Source: Geobacter metallireducens GS-15 (lineage in GTDB: Bacteria; Desulfobacterota; Desulfuromonadia; Geobacterales; Geobacteraceae). From it: a DNA stretch of 32,000 bases. The notes beneath the pieces were generated by a model. It had not been told where the DNA came from and did not search any database. It saw only the letters and a program-made list of their open reading frames with translations. The DNA lies in contig NC_007517.1 of NCBI RefSeq assembly GCF_000012925.1, forward strand, positions 3,750,001 to 3,782,000. Reading direction: 5' to 3'. The translations under genes and the position numbers were made by a program. This document shows positions 19,951-29,066 of this stretch, one piece after another. The first letter of the stretch is position 1; every line of letters begins with the position of its first letter.

Positions 19951-21123
19951 TTACCGGTCGATTTCACCAAGCACGATATCCAACGTACCGATAACGGCAA
20001 CAAGGTCTGCAATCATGGAACCCTTTGCCATCTTCTCTATGGCCCCAAGGTTGACGAATGAGGGGGGGCGTATGCGCATGCGGTACGGCTTGTTGCCACC
20101 GTCGCTGACGATATAGTAGCCAAGCTCTCCCTTGGGGTTCTCCACTCCCTGATATACTTCACCTTCAGGAACAGGGAATCCTTCGCTGGCTATCTTGAAA
20201 TGATGGATAAGTCCCTCAATCGTATTGTAAACATTTTCCTTGGGCGGATAAGTCACTTGAGGTGCATCAGCCAAGACGGGACCAGGCTTAAGGGAGTCGA
20301 GAGCCTGACGGATGATATTGACCGCTTCGCGCATTTCGACGAGCCTGACTTTATAACGGTCGAAGGTGTCACACTTCTCCCCCACTGGAACCTTGAACTG
20401 GTACTTCTCGTACCCACTGTAGGGGTTGTCGCGGCGAAGATCCCAATCAACACCCGAGCCACGCAGCGCAGGCCCGGTAATGCCGTAATCAATTGCATCT
20501 TCAGCAGATATCACGCCATTGCCGACCGTGCGGTTAAGCCAAATAGTGTTCTTGGTGAGAAGCCCCTCATACGTATCAAAATGACCGGGGAACGTGTCAA
20601 CAATTTCCCTCACGTCTTTTTCGAATCCGTCATATACGTCCGACGAGAGACCGCCCACCCGGAAATAACTGCTTGTCATCCGGGCACCGGAAATCTTCTC
20701 ATAAAGGCTCATCACCATCTCACGCTCGCGGAAAGCATAGATGAACACGGTCATGGCACCGATATCAAGGGCATGGCACGCAACCCAGACAAGGTGAGAT
20801 TTGAGCCTGGTCAACTCAGCCAAGATCACACGTATAGTCTGAGCACGTTCAGGAACCTCAATTCCCAAGAGCTTCTCAACTGCCAACACATAGCCGAGGT
20901 TATTGTGCATCGGTGCAAGGTAATCAAGACGGTCGGTCAGAGGGATCGTCTGGTGGTACGTGCGGTGTTCCGAGAGTTTCTCAACGCCACGGTGCAGATA
21001 CCCGATATGCGGCGTAATCTTTTGGATGATTTCGCCGTCCAGTTCGACGACCAACCGCAAAACGCCGTGGGTACTCGGATGCTGTGGCCCCATGTTGACT
21101 GTCATAATCTCAGTACTAGCCAT
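19951..21123 (-). CDS. nuoD: NADH-quinone oxidoreductase subunit D
   Basis: 390 aa with N-terminal NMGPQHPSTHGVLRL and C-terminal …VIGTLDIVLGEIDR, typical of the 49-kDa subunit. Separate from nuoC. Confidence 0.93.
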   Translation of the reverse strand: MASTEIMTVNMGPQHPSTHGVLRLVVELDGEIIQKITPHIGYLHRGVEKLSEHRTYHQTIPLTDRLDYLAPMHNNLGYVLAVEKLLGIEVPERAQTIRVILAELTRLKSHLVWVACHALDIGAMTVFIYAFREREMVMSLYEKISGARMTSSYFRVGGLSSDVYDGFEKDVREIVDTFPGHFDTYEGLLTKNTIWLNRTVGNGVISAEDAIDYGITGPALRGSGVDWDLRRDNPYSGYEKYQFKVPVGEKCDTFDRYKVRLVEMREAVNIIRQALDSLKPGPVLADAPQVTYPPKENVYNTIEGLIHHFKIASEGFPVPEGEVYQGVENPKGELGYYIVSDGGNKPYRMRIRPPSFVNLGAIEKMAKGSMIADLVAVIGTLDIVLGEIDR

Positions 21124-21183
21124 TGCGCGCCTCTGTATTCTTCTCTCTAGAGTAGGTTAATTTCGCTCAAATAATCCGTATCG

Positions 21184-21672
21184 CTACGACAACCGCCCTT
21201 TGTAAGGCTCACGACCAGGCCCCTGCAGCGGATAATCCTTCCGAAGCGGATGGCCGACCCAGTCATCAGTCATCAGTATCCGACGAAGATCTGGGTGATT
21301 ATTGAAGACCACACCCATCAAATCGTAAACTTCACGCTCCAACCAATTGGCCGCGCTCCAGACGCAGGAAACCGTATCAATGGAGCAGCCAGCCTCCGGA
21401 ACCCCCGCCTTAACCCTGAGGCGGTCTTTATTCGGAATCGAATAAAGATTGTAAACTACCATAAAGCGTGGCTCTTGCTTCCCCAGATAGTCCACCGCGG
21501 TTACGTCGGTACAGAGATTATAGGCAAGCGACGACTTGAGGAAATTGCAAATTTCAACAATGTCCTCACGCTTCACCGTAACCGTCACCTCTCCGCGGAA
21601 CTCTTTCACATCAAGCACGGAAGCGGAAAATTTTTCCCTGAGCTTTATTACTGCGCGATTAGTTTCAGCCAT
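21184..21672 (-). CDS. nuoC: NADH-quinone oxidoreductase subunit C
   Basis: 162 aa containing EREVYDLMGVVFNNHPDLRRIL, typical of the 30-kDa subunit. Confidence 0.9.
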   Translation of the reverse strand: MAETNRAVIKLREKFSASVLDVKEFRGEVTVTVKREDIVEICNFLKSSLAYNLCTDVTAVDYLGKQEPRFMVVYNLYSIPNKDRLRVKAGVPEAGCSIDTVSCVWSAANWLEREVYDLMGVVFNNHPDLRRILMTDDWVGHPLRKDYPLQGPGREPYKGRLS

Positions 21673-21703
21673 AACCGTTGGCTCCCTTACCTAGTTGATA
21701 TGG

Positions 21704-22216
21704 TCACGCCGCCGACTCGAGTCGCTGGCCAAGACCGATAGTAGAACCAAAGGAGTTCTTATCCTTCATGATTTTATCCTGAAGCTTGATAAGACCATAA
21801 AGCAATGCCTCCGGCCGGGGAGGGCAACCAGGGATATACACATCTACCGGAAGCGCCTCATCAATCCCCTGCACGACACTATACGTATCAAAAACCCCAC
21901 CCGAACAGGCACAGGCCCCCATAGCGACCACCCACTTCGGCTCAGGCATTTGCTCGTAAACGGTCTGGATTACGGGCAGCATCTTTTTGGTGACCGTTCC
22001 AGCAATAATGATGCAGTCGGCCTGCCTTGGCGAAGCACGGAAAATAATACCAAAACGGTCAAGGTCGTTATGGGATGCCCCGGTAGCCATCATCTCGATG
22101 GCACAGCAGGCAAGACCGAAGGTCATCGGCCAAATGGAGGACTTCCTCGCCCAGTTGACGAGACCGTCCAAGGACGCTGTAATGAAGCTATCTCCCAACG
22201 GCTGATCTACTCCCAT
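21704..22216 (-). CDS. nuoB: NADH-quinone oxidoreductase subunit B
   Basis: 170 aa from the ATG at 22216, which has AGGAG 7 nt upstream and overlaps nuoA by 10 nt. An alternative ATG at 22237 would add 7 aa. Motifs [28 protein letters not shown] (N2 cluster ligands). Confidence 0.88.
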   Translation of the reverse strand: MGVDQPLGDSFITASLDGLVNWARKSSIWPMTFGLACCAIEMMATGASHNDLDRFGIIFRASPRQADCIIIAGTVTKKMLPVIQTVYEQMPEPKWVVAMGACACSGGVFDTYSVVQGIDEALPVDVYIPGCPPRPEALLYGLIKLQDKIMKDKNSFGSTIGLGQRLESAA

Positions 22217-22563
22217 TCCAAGGCTCCTTTTTTCCATACATAGATGTAACCAACAAAGAGTATAACGATAAAGACCCCCATCTCCATCACGCCGAACATC
22301 CCCAACCTCTTAAAGAGAACCGACCACGGATAGAGAAAGACTGCTTCAATATCAAACAAGATAAAGAGCATGGCGATAATATAAAACTTTACCGAGAACC
22401 TCTCACGGGCAGACCCGACCGGCTCACAGCCACACTCGTATGGAGCAAGCTTGACAACACTTGGCTTCTTCTGCCCGATCAGCGACGAAAACACCAGCGA
22501 GCAGAGACCAAAGATGACAGCAATTGCCACCAAGACAAGTATCGGAAGATAGGCGCCAAGCAT
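22207..22563 (-). CDS. nuoA: NADH-quinone oxidoreductase subunit A
   Basis: 118 aa, three hydrophobic helices, YECGCEP motif, GGAGG 8 nt upstream of the ATG. First gene of the operon. Confidence 0.9.
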   Translation of the reverse strand: MLGAYLPILVLVAIAVIFGLCSLVFSSLIGQKKPSVVKLAPYECGCEPVGSARERFSVKFYIIAMLFILFDIEAVFLYPWSVLFKRLGMFGVMEMGVFIVILFVGYIYVWKKGALEWE

Positions 22564-22683
22564 ATGTCTTACCTCCAGACTGAGTTATTGCTTCAATTTA
22601 ATTATTATCAACATCAACTGGCGACTCAGGTTCTATCTAAAACCACGTTTGTCGCATGCGTATACTGTATACAATTTGATGGG

Positions 22684-22712
22684 AACTTATGCCATTTAAA
22701 AAACTTTGTCAA
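22684..22712 (-). promoter_or_regulatory. candidate sigma70-type promoter of the nuo operon
   Basis: Minus strand reads TTGACA (22712-22707), 17-nt spacer, TAAGTT (22689-22684). This would give a leader of roughly 110 nt. Motif match only. Confidence 0.3.
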
Positions 22713-22804
22713 GGAAAAAAAGCTTTAATCTTGCCCGCTTAATTTGTCGATTTCCTACCAAATTCCAGCCTCTCCAGCACCCCCTGGCCGCAACCTTTTG
22801 CCCC

Positions 22805-22833
22805 TTGACACCTGACTTGCCACATGCTAATAA
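22805..22833 (+). promoter_or_regulatory. candidate sigma70-type promoter of hemL
   Basis: TTGACA (22805-22810), 17-nt spacer ending in TGC (extended -10-like), TAATAA (22828-22833), about 48 nt upstream of the hemL ATG. Motif match only. Confidence 0.35.
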
Positions 22834-22881
22834 CATATTAATTTTCCAGCTAAATTAGACACAATAAGGGGCCACACGACG

Positions 22882-24165
22882 ATGAACACATCCCATTCCA
22901 AAGAACTTTTTGCCAAGGCACAAGAAATTATCCCCGGCGGTGTTAACAGCCCAGTACGAGCATTCAAATCAGTAGGAGCAGAACCGGTTTTCATTAAGAA
23001 AGCTTCAGGCTCTACCATTATTGATGCCGACGATAATGCCTATATAGATTATGTTGGTTCCTGGGGACCGATGATTCTCGGCCATTGTCACCCCCGGATC
23101 GTGGCTTCCGTTCAGCGCGCCACGGAGAACGGCAGCAGCTTTGGTGCGCCGACCGAACTCGAAATCACTTTGGCGGAGATGGTGGTTGCAGCAGTCCCAT
23201 CGATCGAAATGGTCCGCATGGTAAGCTCAGGCACAGAAGCAACCATGAGCGCCATCCGCCTGGCACGCGGTTATACAGGACGAGACAAGATCATCAAATT
23301 TTCAGGATGTTACCATGGCCACGCCGACTCCCTCCTCGTCAAGGCAGGTTCCGGCGCGGCGACTTTTGGCGTTCCCGACTCACCTGGCGTTCCAAGGGAC
23401 TTTGCTCAACATACCCTCACTGCAACCTTCAATGACCTTGAATCGGTCGAGGAACTCATTTGCGCCCATTCCAGAGAGGTCGCGTGCATTATTGTCGAGC
23501 CAATTGCTGGCAATATGGGTACCGTCCCTCCCCGCGCGGGATTTCTTGAAGGACTCCGAGAGATCTGCACCAACGAGGGAATTATCCTCATCTTCGACGA
23601 AGTCATGACTGGTTTCCGCGTTGCATACGGCGGCGCCCAGGAACGCTATGGCATAACACCTGACATGACCACCTTGGGGAAAATTATCGGCGGAGGCCTT
23701 CCTGTCGGAGCATTTGGTGGCAAAAGAGAGATAATGCAACAACTTTCGCCCTCGGGCGGGGTTTATCAGGCAGGAACTCTTTCTGGCAATCCACTTGCCA
23801 TGACCGCGGGCATAGAAACACTCAAGCTACTCCAGGAAGACGGCTTCTACGGTCGCCTCGAGGAAAAGAGTCGTGCGCTGGCCGAAGGGATTGCAGACGC
23901 AGCTCGTCGTGCAGGCTACCCAATCTACTCGACACGGGTCGGCAGCATGTTTTGCGCTTTCTTCACAAACGGCGAAGTGCACGACTGGACGTCGGCGGCC
24001 ATGTGCGACACCAAGTCTTTCGCCACCTTCTTCCGATCGATGCTTGAAGAAGGTATCTACCTGGCACCATCGCAGTTTGAAACCGCTTTTGTCTCCATTG
24101 CCCACTCCAGTGAAGACATCGAAAAGACCATTGCAGCGGCATTCTCATGTTTCAAAAAACTCTAG
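22882..24165 (+). CDS. hemL: glutamate-1-semialdehyde 2,1-aminomutase
   Basis: 427 aa with N-terminal [11 protein letters not shown] and the PLP-lysine region [20 protein letters not shown]. Confidence 0.95.
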   Translation: MNTSHSKELFAKAQEIIPGGVNSPVRAFKSVGAEPVFIKKASGSTIIDADDNAYIDYVGSWGPMILGHCHPRIVASVQRATENGSSFGAPTELEITLAEMVVAAVPSIEMVRMVSSGTEATMSAIRLARGYTGRDKIIKFSGCYHGHADSLLVKAGSGAATFGVPDSPGVPRDFAQHTLTATFNDLESVEELICAHSREVACIIVEPIAGNMGTVPPRAGFLEGLREICTNEGIILIFDEVMTGFRVAYGGAQERYGITPDMTTLGKIIGGGLPVGAFGGKREIMQQLSPSGGVYQAGTLSGNPLAMTAGIETLKLLQEDGFYGRLEEKSRALAEGIADAARRAGYPIYSTRVGSMFCAFFTNGEVHDWTSAAMCDTKSFATFFRSMLEEGIYLAPSQFETAFVSIAHSSEDIEKTIAAAFSCFKKL

Positions 24166-24220
24166 CCGTTAATTGTCATTGACACCGTTATAGATGCTGT
24201 GGTAAGAAGCTGAGGTTTCC

Positions 24221-24490
24221 GTGCCACATTCCACTATACGTTGCCCCATGGACGAAGAAAAACGAAACCTCATAAAGACCGTCGGTCTCGTTTCGAGCAT
24301 GGGCATTTCGATGGCGCTGGCTATCATCATTGGCGTTGTCATCGGAAGACAACTCGACAAGTGGTTCGGCACGCACCCTTGGTTCTTCTTCATATTTCTG
24401 TTTTTTGGCATCGCGGCCGGCTTCAGGAATATATATATAATCGCCGGCAGGGAAATACGAAAAGATGGGGAGGACAATAAGCGAGGATAG
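24221..24490 (+). CDS. atpZ: AtpZ-type small membrane protein of the F0F1 ATP synthase operon
   Basis: 89 aa from GTG 24221; an alternative ATG at 24248 would give 80 aa. Two hydrophobic helices with GVVIGRQLDKWFGTHPWFFFIFLFFGIAAGFRN, which matches the AtpZ pattern as I remember it. Lies directly upstream of atpI-atpB. Confidence 0.65.
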   Translation: MPHSTIRCPMDEEKRNLIKTVGLVSSMGISMALAIIIGVVIGRQLDKWFGTHPWFFFIFLFFGIAAGFRNIYIIAGREIRKDGEDNKRG

Positions 24491-24848
24491 GCTCTTTGCC
24501 GCCGTCACAATTGGTGGCCTAGTTCTTCTTGGTGTTCTCTGCCTGACCGGCTATGTGTTCTGGTCTGGCAGATTTGCTGTTAGTATCCTTGCTGGCGGAA
24601 TTCTTGCCCTCTTCAATTTTTACTGGATGCGAAACACCCTGAAACGTGTCCTGAATCTTCATCCCCGGCAGGCAGGCAGTTTCGCCCAGTTCCGCTATTT
24701 GCTCCGGCTTGCCTTTGTCGCCCTTATACTTTATGTGCTCATTGTCCACGCTGGAATCGACGTCATAGGCCTTATCATCGGCTTGTCGATATTCGTGGTC
24801 GTAATTATAGGACTTTCGATTTATATGTTGCTTGATAAAGGAGAGTAA
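24465..24848 (+). CDS. atpI: ATP synthase protein I
   Basis: 127-aa hydrophobic protein overlapping atpZ by 26 nt and ending 3 nt before atpB. Assigned from position and size; start codon uncertain. Confidence 0.6.
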   Translation: MGRTISEDRLFAAVTIGGLVLLGVLCLTGYVFWSGRFAVSILAGGILALFNFYWMRNTLKRVLNLHPRQAGSFAQFRYLLRLAFVALILYVLIVHAGIDVIGLIIGLSIFVVVIIGLSIYMLLDKGE

Positions 24849-24851
24849 CTC

Positions 24852-25541
24852 ATGGTTCATCCGCTGCTGTTCCTGCAGTTCTTCAGAAAGCTCCTCGAAC
24901 CGCTCCACATTTCGGAAGCGGGAGCTGACGCCATTGCATACACATGGCTCATTATCGTATTCCTGCTAATCGTTTCGCTTATTGCCACCAAAGCGCTCAA
25001 AGCCGTTCCCACAGGAATGCAAAACTTCATGGAAGTGGTGGTCGGCGGCATCGAGAATATGGTGGAAGAAACCATGGGAGAGAAAGGACGGCCCTACTTT
25101 CCGCTCATAGCCACCCTTGCCCTCTTCGTTCTCGTATCGAACCTCATCGGCCTCATTCCCGGGTTCTTCCCGCCAACTGCAAACCTGAATACGACCGCGG
25201 CGTGCGCAATTATCGTGTTCCTCTCGACCCACGTGGTCGGGATCAAGAAACACGGATTCCATTACCTTCAGCACTTCATGGGCCCGATCTGGTGGTTGGC
25301 ACCGCTCATGTTCTTCATTGAGATCATCGGCCACCTGAGCCGTCCCCTTTCTCTCTCACTGCGTCTTTTCGGCAACATGAACGGCCACGAACTCGTTCTC
25401 ATGATCTTCTTCGCCTTGGCGCCGTTCCTCGTGCCGCTGCCGATGATGCTGATGGGGGTTCTCGTATCCTTTATCCAGGCGTTCGTATTCATGCTTCTCG
25501 CCATGATTTATATTCAGGGCTCTCTCGAAGAGGCTCACTAA
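24852..25541 (+). CDS. atpB: F0F1 ATP synthase subunit a
   Basis: 229 aa with the conserved-Arg region [15 protein letters not shown], and polytopic. Confidence 0.93.
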
Positions 25542-25595
25542 TTACTCGAATCCTATACTGTTTAGGAGACAACACCCAAAGGGAGGTAGTAAAAG

Positions 25596-25871
25596 ATGGA
25601 TTTTCTTACGATGTGCATGCTCGCAGCTGGTTTCGGTATGGCTATCGGTGCGTTCGGTACCGGTATCGGCCAAGGTCTCGCGGTAAAGAGCGCCGTTGAA
25701 GGCGTTTCCCGCAATCCGGGTGCTTCCGGCAAGATCCTGACCACCATGATGATCGGTCTGGCCATGATCGAGTCTCTGGCCATCTACGTTCTCGTCGTGT
25801 GCCTCATCATCCTGTTCGCCAACCCCTACAAGGACGTTGCGATCAAGCTTGCCGAGACCGTCGCGAAGTAA
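25596..25871 (+). CDS. atpE: F0F1 ATP synthase subunit c
   Basis: 91-aa hairpin proteolipid with GTGIGQG in helix 1, an RNPG loop, and the carboxylate in IGLAMIESLAIY in helix 2. Confidence 0.93.
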   Translation: MDFLTMCMLAAGFGMAIGAFGTGIGQGLAVKSAVEGVSRNPGASGKILTTMMIGLAMIESLAIYVLVVCLIILFANPYKDVAIKLAETVAK

Positions 25872-25895
25872 TCGGTTTCAAATCTCTTAAAGAGC

Positions 25896-25930
25896 AAAAG
25901 GGGTGTGTCCCAGTGGGCACACCCCTTTTT
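25896..25930. terminator. bidirectional rho-independent terminator between convergent atpE and pepA
   Basis: Stem aaaaggggtgtg (25896-25907) / cacacccctttt (25918-25929). The A/T runs give a U-tract on both strands. Confidence 0.75.
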
Positions 25931-25957
25931 GTCTCTATCCAACCGTCAATCCGAATT

Positions 25958-27448
25958 TCAGCCAAAGGTTCTCTGCAGATATTCCACCAGGAGCCTCACG
26001 CCGACACCGGTCGCCCCCTTGGGGAGGTAAGGCTTCCCCTTCTCCTCCCACGCGGTGCCCGCGATGTCGAGGTGGGCCCATTTCGCCTTCCCCACATAGC
26101 GTTGGAGAAACCATGCCGCAGAGATGGTGCCGGCATGGGGTCCCCCGGCATTTTTCATGTCGGCGATGTCGCTTTTCATGAGTTCTCCGTACTCGTCCCA
26201 GACGGGAAGCTCCCAGAGCCGCTCCCCCGTGGCTTCGCCTGAAGTCGTAAGCGCGCGGATGAGCGTCGAATCGTTTCCCATGACCGCTGTTGCGACAGTG
26301 CCAAGGGCCACGAGACAGGCCCCCGTGAGGGTAGCCAGGTCGATGAGAGCGGCGGGACGATAGCGTTGCGCGTAATAAAGGGCGTCACAGAGGAGCATCC
26401 TCCCCTCCGCATCTGTGTTGACAATCTCCACCGTTTGCCCTGACATCGTACGCACCACATCGCCAGGCCTATAGGCGCCACCGCCGGGCATATTTTCCGC
26501 TACAGGGATGAGGCCGACAACGTTGACCGGCATCCGGAGCCCGGACACAGCACTGATGGTACCCATTACCGCCGCGGCTCCCGCCATGTCGTCCTTCATC
26601 CTCTCCATCCCCTCCCGCGGCTTGAGGGATATCCCCCCCGAGTCGAACGTCACTCCTTTCCCGACGAGAACAACGGGACGTTTCTTGGGGTCTCCCGCCA
26701 GATATTCGAGAATGATGAACCGGGGCGAGTGATGGGATCCCTTGGCCACGGACAGGATTCCCTCCATGGAAAGCCGCTCCATATCCTCGCGCTCGAGCAC
26801 GCGACAGGCGACGCCGAGTCGCCCTGCCATTTCGATGGCTCGGTCGGCGAGATATGCGGGGGTCGCCACGTTGCAGGGATGGGAAACCAGATCGCGGACA
26901 AAGCTTACCGCATCACAGACCGTCGTGCGCTCGCTCACCGCGCGCTCGGTCGATGCCAGTTCGCCTTCCTCGTCCACAAGGACGGCCATCTCCTCAACGG
27001 TGCCTTCGTCATTTTTCGTAGTCTTGTAGATATCGAAACCGTAACCGCCAAGAAGATAACCTTCCAGTGAGGCTTCCAGTGATCCAGGCACGGAATCAGC
27101 CGAACGGTGCAAGATGGTAGCGAAGCGCACCACACCGGTGGCACGGACTGCCTTCACCGCACTCCCCGCCGCCTGGCGAACCCGCTCGGGAGTAACCGCA
27201 TCCCGCTGGCCCAGCCCGACAAGGAGAAGCCGTTCCGCAGGGAGACGGCCAAGGGTGTGGATGAGCTTGGTCCTGTTGAGTTTGCCGGTAAATTCTCCAG
27301 CCTCACGGATGGCAGACAGACCTCGCCCCAATGCATCGTCAACGGAACCCAGAAGGGTGTTCTCACTGAATCGGTCTTCGTAGCAGCCCAGAACAAGCAG
27401 CGGGCAGGGGTAGAGCAGGGCATCATGCAAAACAACCCGAGCATTCAT
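25958..27448 (-). CDS. pepA: leucyl aminopeptidase (M17 family)
   Basis: 496 aa from the ATG at 27448, which has AGGAGG 7 nt upstream. Motifs GKGVTFDSGGISLKP and VNTDAEGRMLLCDAL. Confidence 0.92.
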   Translation of the reverse strand: MNARVVLHDALLYPCPLLVLGCYEDRFSENTLLGSVDDALGRGLSAIREAGEFTGKLNRTKLIHTLGRLPAERLLLVGLGQRDAVTPERVRQAAGSAVKAVRATGVVRFATILHRSADSVPGSLEASLEGYLLGGYGFDIYKTTKNDEGTVEEMAVLVDEEGELASTERAVSERTTVCDAVSFVRDLVSHPCNVATPAYLADRAIEMAGRLGVACRVLEREDMERLSMEGILSVAKGSHHSPRFIILEYLAGDPKKRPVVLVGKGVTFDSGGISLKPREGMERMKDDMAGAAAVMGTISAVSGLRMPVNVVGLIPVAENMPGGGAYRPGDVVRTMSGQTVEIVNTDAEGRMLLCDALYYAQRYRPAALIDLATLTGACLVALGTVATAVMGNDSTLIRALTTSGEATGERLWELPVWDEYGELMKSDIADMKNAGGPHAGTISAAWFLQRYVGKAKWAHLDIAGTAWEEKGKPYLPKGATGVGVRLLVEYLQRTFG

Positions 27449-27465
27449 AACAGTTCCTCCTGAAT

Positions 27466-27500
27466 AAAAACGGGGTGCGTTCAGTTCAGCCTGCACCCCG
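27466..27500 (-). terminator. rho-independent terminator after htrA
   Basis: Stem cggggtgc (27471-27478) / gcaccccg (27493-27500), followed on the minus strand by TTTTT (27470-27466). Lies between the htrA stop and the pepA start. Confidence 0.65.
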
Positions 27501-27507
27501 TGAACAT

Positions 27508-28902
27508 CTATTCTATTCGCAAAGCCAGATAGTAGTTGGAGTCTCCACGACGCAACAGGAAGCGGACAACATCACCCTTCCCGTATTCCTTGATCAGCTT
27601 CTCGTAATCCATAACAGTCGCAACCGCCTTGTCGCCAATCTCGAGTATTATGTCCCCTGACTGGAAGCCTCCGAGCTCGGCAATGCTCCCCTGCTTCACA
27701 CCGGTGACGACCACCCCCCGGGACTCCTTCAGCCCCAACCGTGCAGCGAGATCCTTGGTCAGTTCCCGGGCAGAGAGGCCGAACGCATCACCGGCGGTCT
27801 TCTGGTTGTTCTCGTCGCCCGACTCGGCAAGCCGGCCGACAGAAACGGTGAATTCCCGGGGTTTCCCCTCCCGGAGAACCTTGATTTTGACAGCCTTGCC
27901 AATGGGCTCGGCAGCCACCAGCCGCGGCAGCTCGCTCATCTCATTGATCTTTTTCCCATCGAACTCCAGAATTATGTCGCCGCTCCTGAGCCCCGCGTTG
28001 GCCGCCGGCCCGTCCTTGACAACATCCGTGATGAGGGCTCCTTTTTCACCTTCGAGGCCGAACGACTTGGCCAACTCCGGTGACATCGGCTGCATGGTAA
28101 CGCCAAGCCATCCCCTCGTCACCTTCCCTTTCTCTTCGAGCTGGGGAAGAACATCTTTGGCCATATTGACCGGAATGGCAAAGCCGATCCCCTGTCCGCC
28201 AGCCACAATGGCGGTGTTGATCCCTATGACCTTCCCTTCGGCGTTGAAGAGGGGACCACCGGAATTCCCCGGATTGATGGAGGCATCAGTCTGGATGAAG
28301 TCGTCATAGGGGCCGCTGCCGATAACGCGCCCCGTCGCGCTGACAATCCCTGCGGTAACAGTCTGAGCCAGGCCGAAGGGGTTGCCGATGGCCATGACCC
28401 ATTCCCCCACCTTGATCTGGGCGCTGTCCCCCAGTTCAGCCACGGGGAGATTCTCTTTGGCATCAATCTTGATAAGAGCTAAATCGAGCTTCTCATCGGA
28501 GCCTTTGACCTCCGCCTTGAATTCACGGCCGTCGGAGAGGCGGACCTTGATCTCGTCAGCCCCGGCAATGACGTGATTATTGGTAATGATGAACCCCTGC
28601 TTGCTGATGATGAAGCCCGATCCGAGACTCCGCTCACGCTGGGGGCGGCGGGGCATTTCCTCGAAAAAATGCTCGAAAAAGTCCTGAAACGGGTCGGGGA
28701 ATGGAGATGGCTGGCGCCGCATTCGGAACTGGGGCGTTAACGTCTTCGTGGTACTAATGTTGACGACCGTAGGCTTGAGCTTCTCAGCGAGATCGACGAA
28801 ATCGGGCGTCAAAACCTTTGCAGGGGATTCTCCCACCGCAAGCACTGCGAGACAGGCAGCGAAGACAATCTCTTTAAAAAACCGCAGTGAAGACAGTTTC
28901 AT
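27508..28902 (-). CDS. htrA: periplasmic serine endoprotease DegP/HtrA (two PDZ domains)
   Basis: 464 aa from the ATG at 28902 (GGAGG upstream). Signal-like N-terminus MKLSSLRFFKEIVFAACLAVLAV. Catalytic triad contexts NNHVIAGA, DLALIKI, GNSGGPL. Two C-terminal PDZ-like repeats. Confidence 0.9.
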   Translation of the reverse strand: MKLSSLRFFKEIVFAACLAVLAVGESPAKVLTPDFVDLAEKLKPTVVNISTTKTLTPQFRMRRQPSPFPDPFQDFFEHFFEEMPRRPQRERSLGSGFIISKQGFIITNNHVIAGADEIKVRLSDGREFKAEVKGSDEKLDLALIKIDAKENLPVAELGDSAQIKVGEWVMAIGNPFGLAQTVTAGIVSATGRVIGSGPYDDFIQTDASINPGNSGGPLFNAEGKVIGINTAIVAGGQGIGFAIPVNMAKDVLPQLEEKGKVTRGWLGVTMQPMSPELAKSFGLEGEKGALITDVVKDGPAANAGLRSGDIILEFDGKKINEMSELPRLVAAEPIGKAVKIKVLREGKPREFTVSVGRLAESGDENNQKTAGDAFGLSARELTKDLAARLGLKESRGVVVTGVKQGSIAELGGFQSGDIILEIGDKAVATVMDYEKLIKEYGKGDVVRFLLRRGDSNYYLALRIE

Positions 28903-28933
28903 GGCTACCTCCGACAATGGATTTAACCTGATA

Positions 28934-28962
28934 ACTGTAATAAGGGGGTAGCGGTTTGTCAA
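28934..28962 (-). promoter_or_regulatory. candidate promoter of htrA
   Basis: Minus strand reads TTGACA (28962-28957), 17-nt spacer, TACAGT (28939-28934). Motif match only; no sigmaE-type GGAACTT box seen. Confidence 0.25.
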
Positions 28963-29004
28963 CATGGGGGCCTCCCGTTGATAGCGCTCTGGTGGTGTTT
29001 TCTC

Positions 29005-29033
29005 TTGCCAGCCCTGAACATCTTGATTAGTAT
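29005..29033 (+). promoter_or_regulatory. candidate promoter of the gsp cluster
   Basis: TTGCCA (29005-29010), 17-nt spacer, TAGTAT (29028-29033), about 33 nt upstream of the gspC ATG. Motif match only. Confidence 0.3.
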
Positions 29034-29066
29034 GAACCTCACTTTCGGCAGCGCTAAGTAGGCATT

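Noticed and set aside
22591-22609. Fur-box-like AT-rich 19-mer (cttcaatttaattattatc) in the nuoA leader
   Set aside because: Only about 12/19 matches to GATAATGATAATCATTATC by hand alignment, in a generally AT-rich region. That level of match is expected by chance.
24169-24508. Two minus-strand ORFs (102 and 106 aa) opposite atpZ
   Set aside because: They are antisense to a gene with a family-typical motif and operon context, and have no ribosome-binding site.
27449-27496. Upstream extensions of pepA (to 27496) and htrA (28903-28965)
   Set aside because: The internal ATGs at 27448 and 28902 have AGGAGG/GGAGG at proper spacing. The pepA extension would run through the htrA terminator hairpin. 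The htrA extension precedes the signal peptide.
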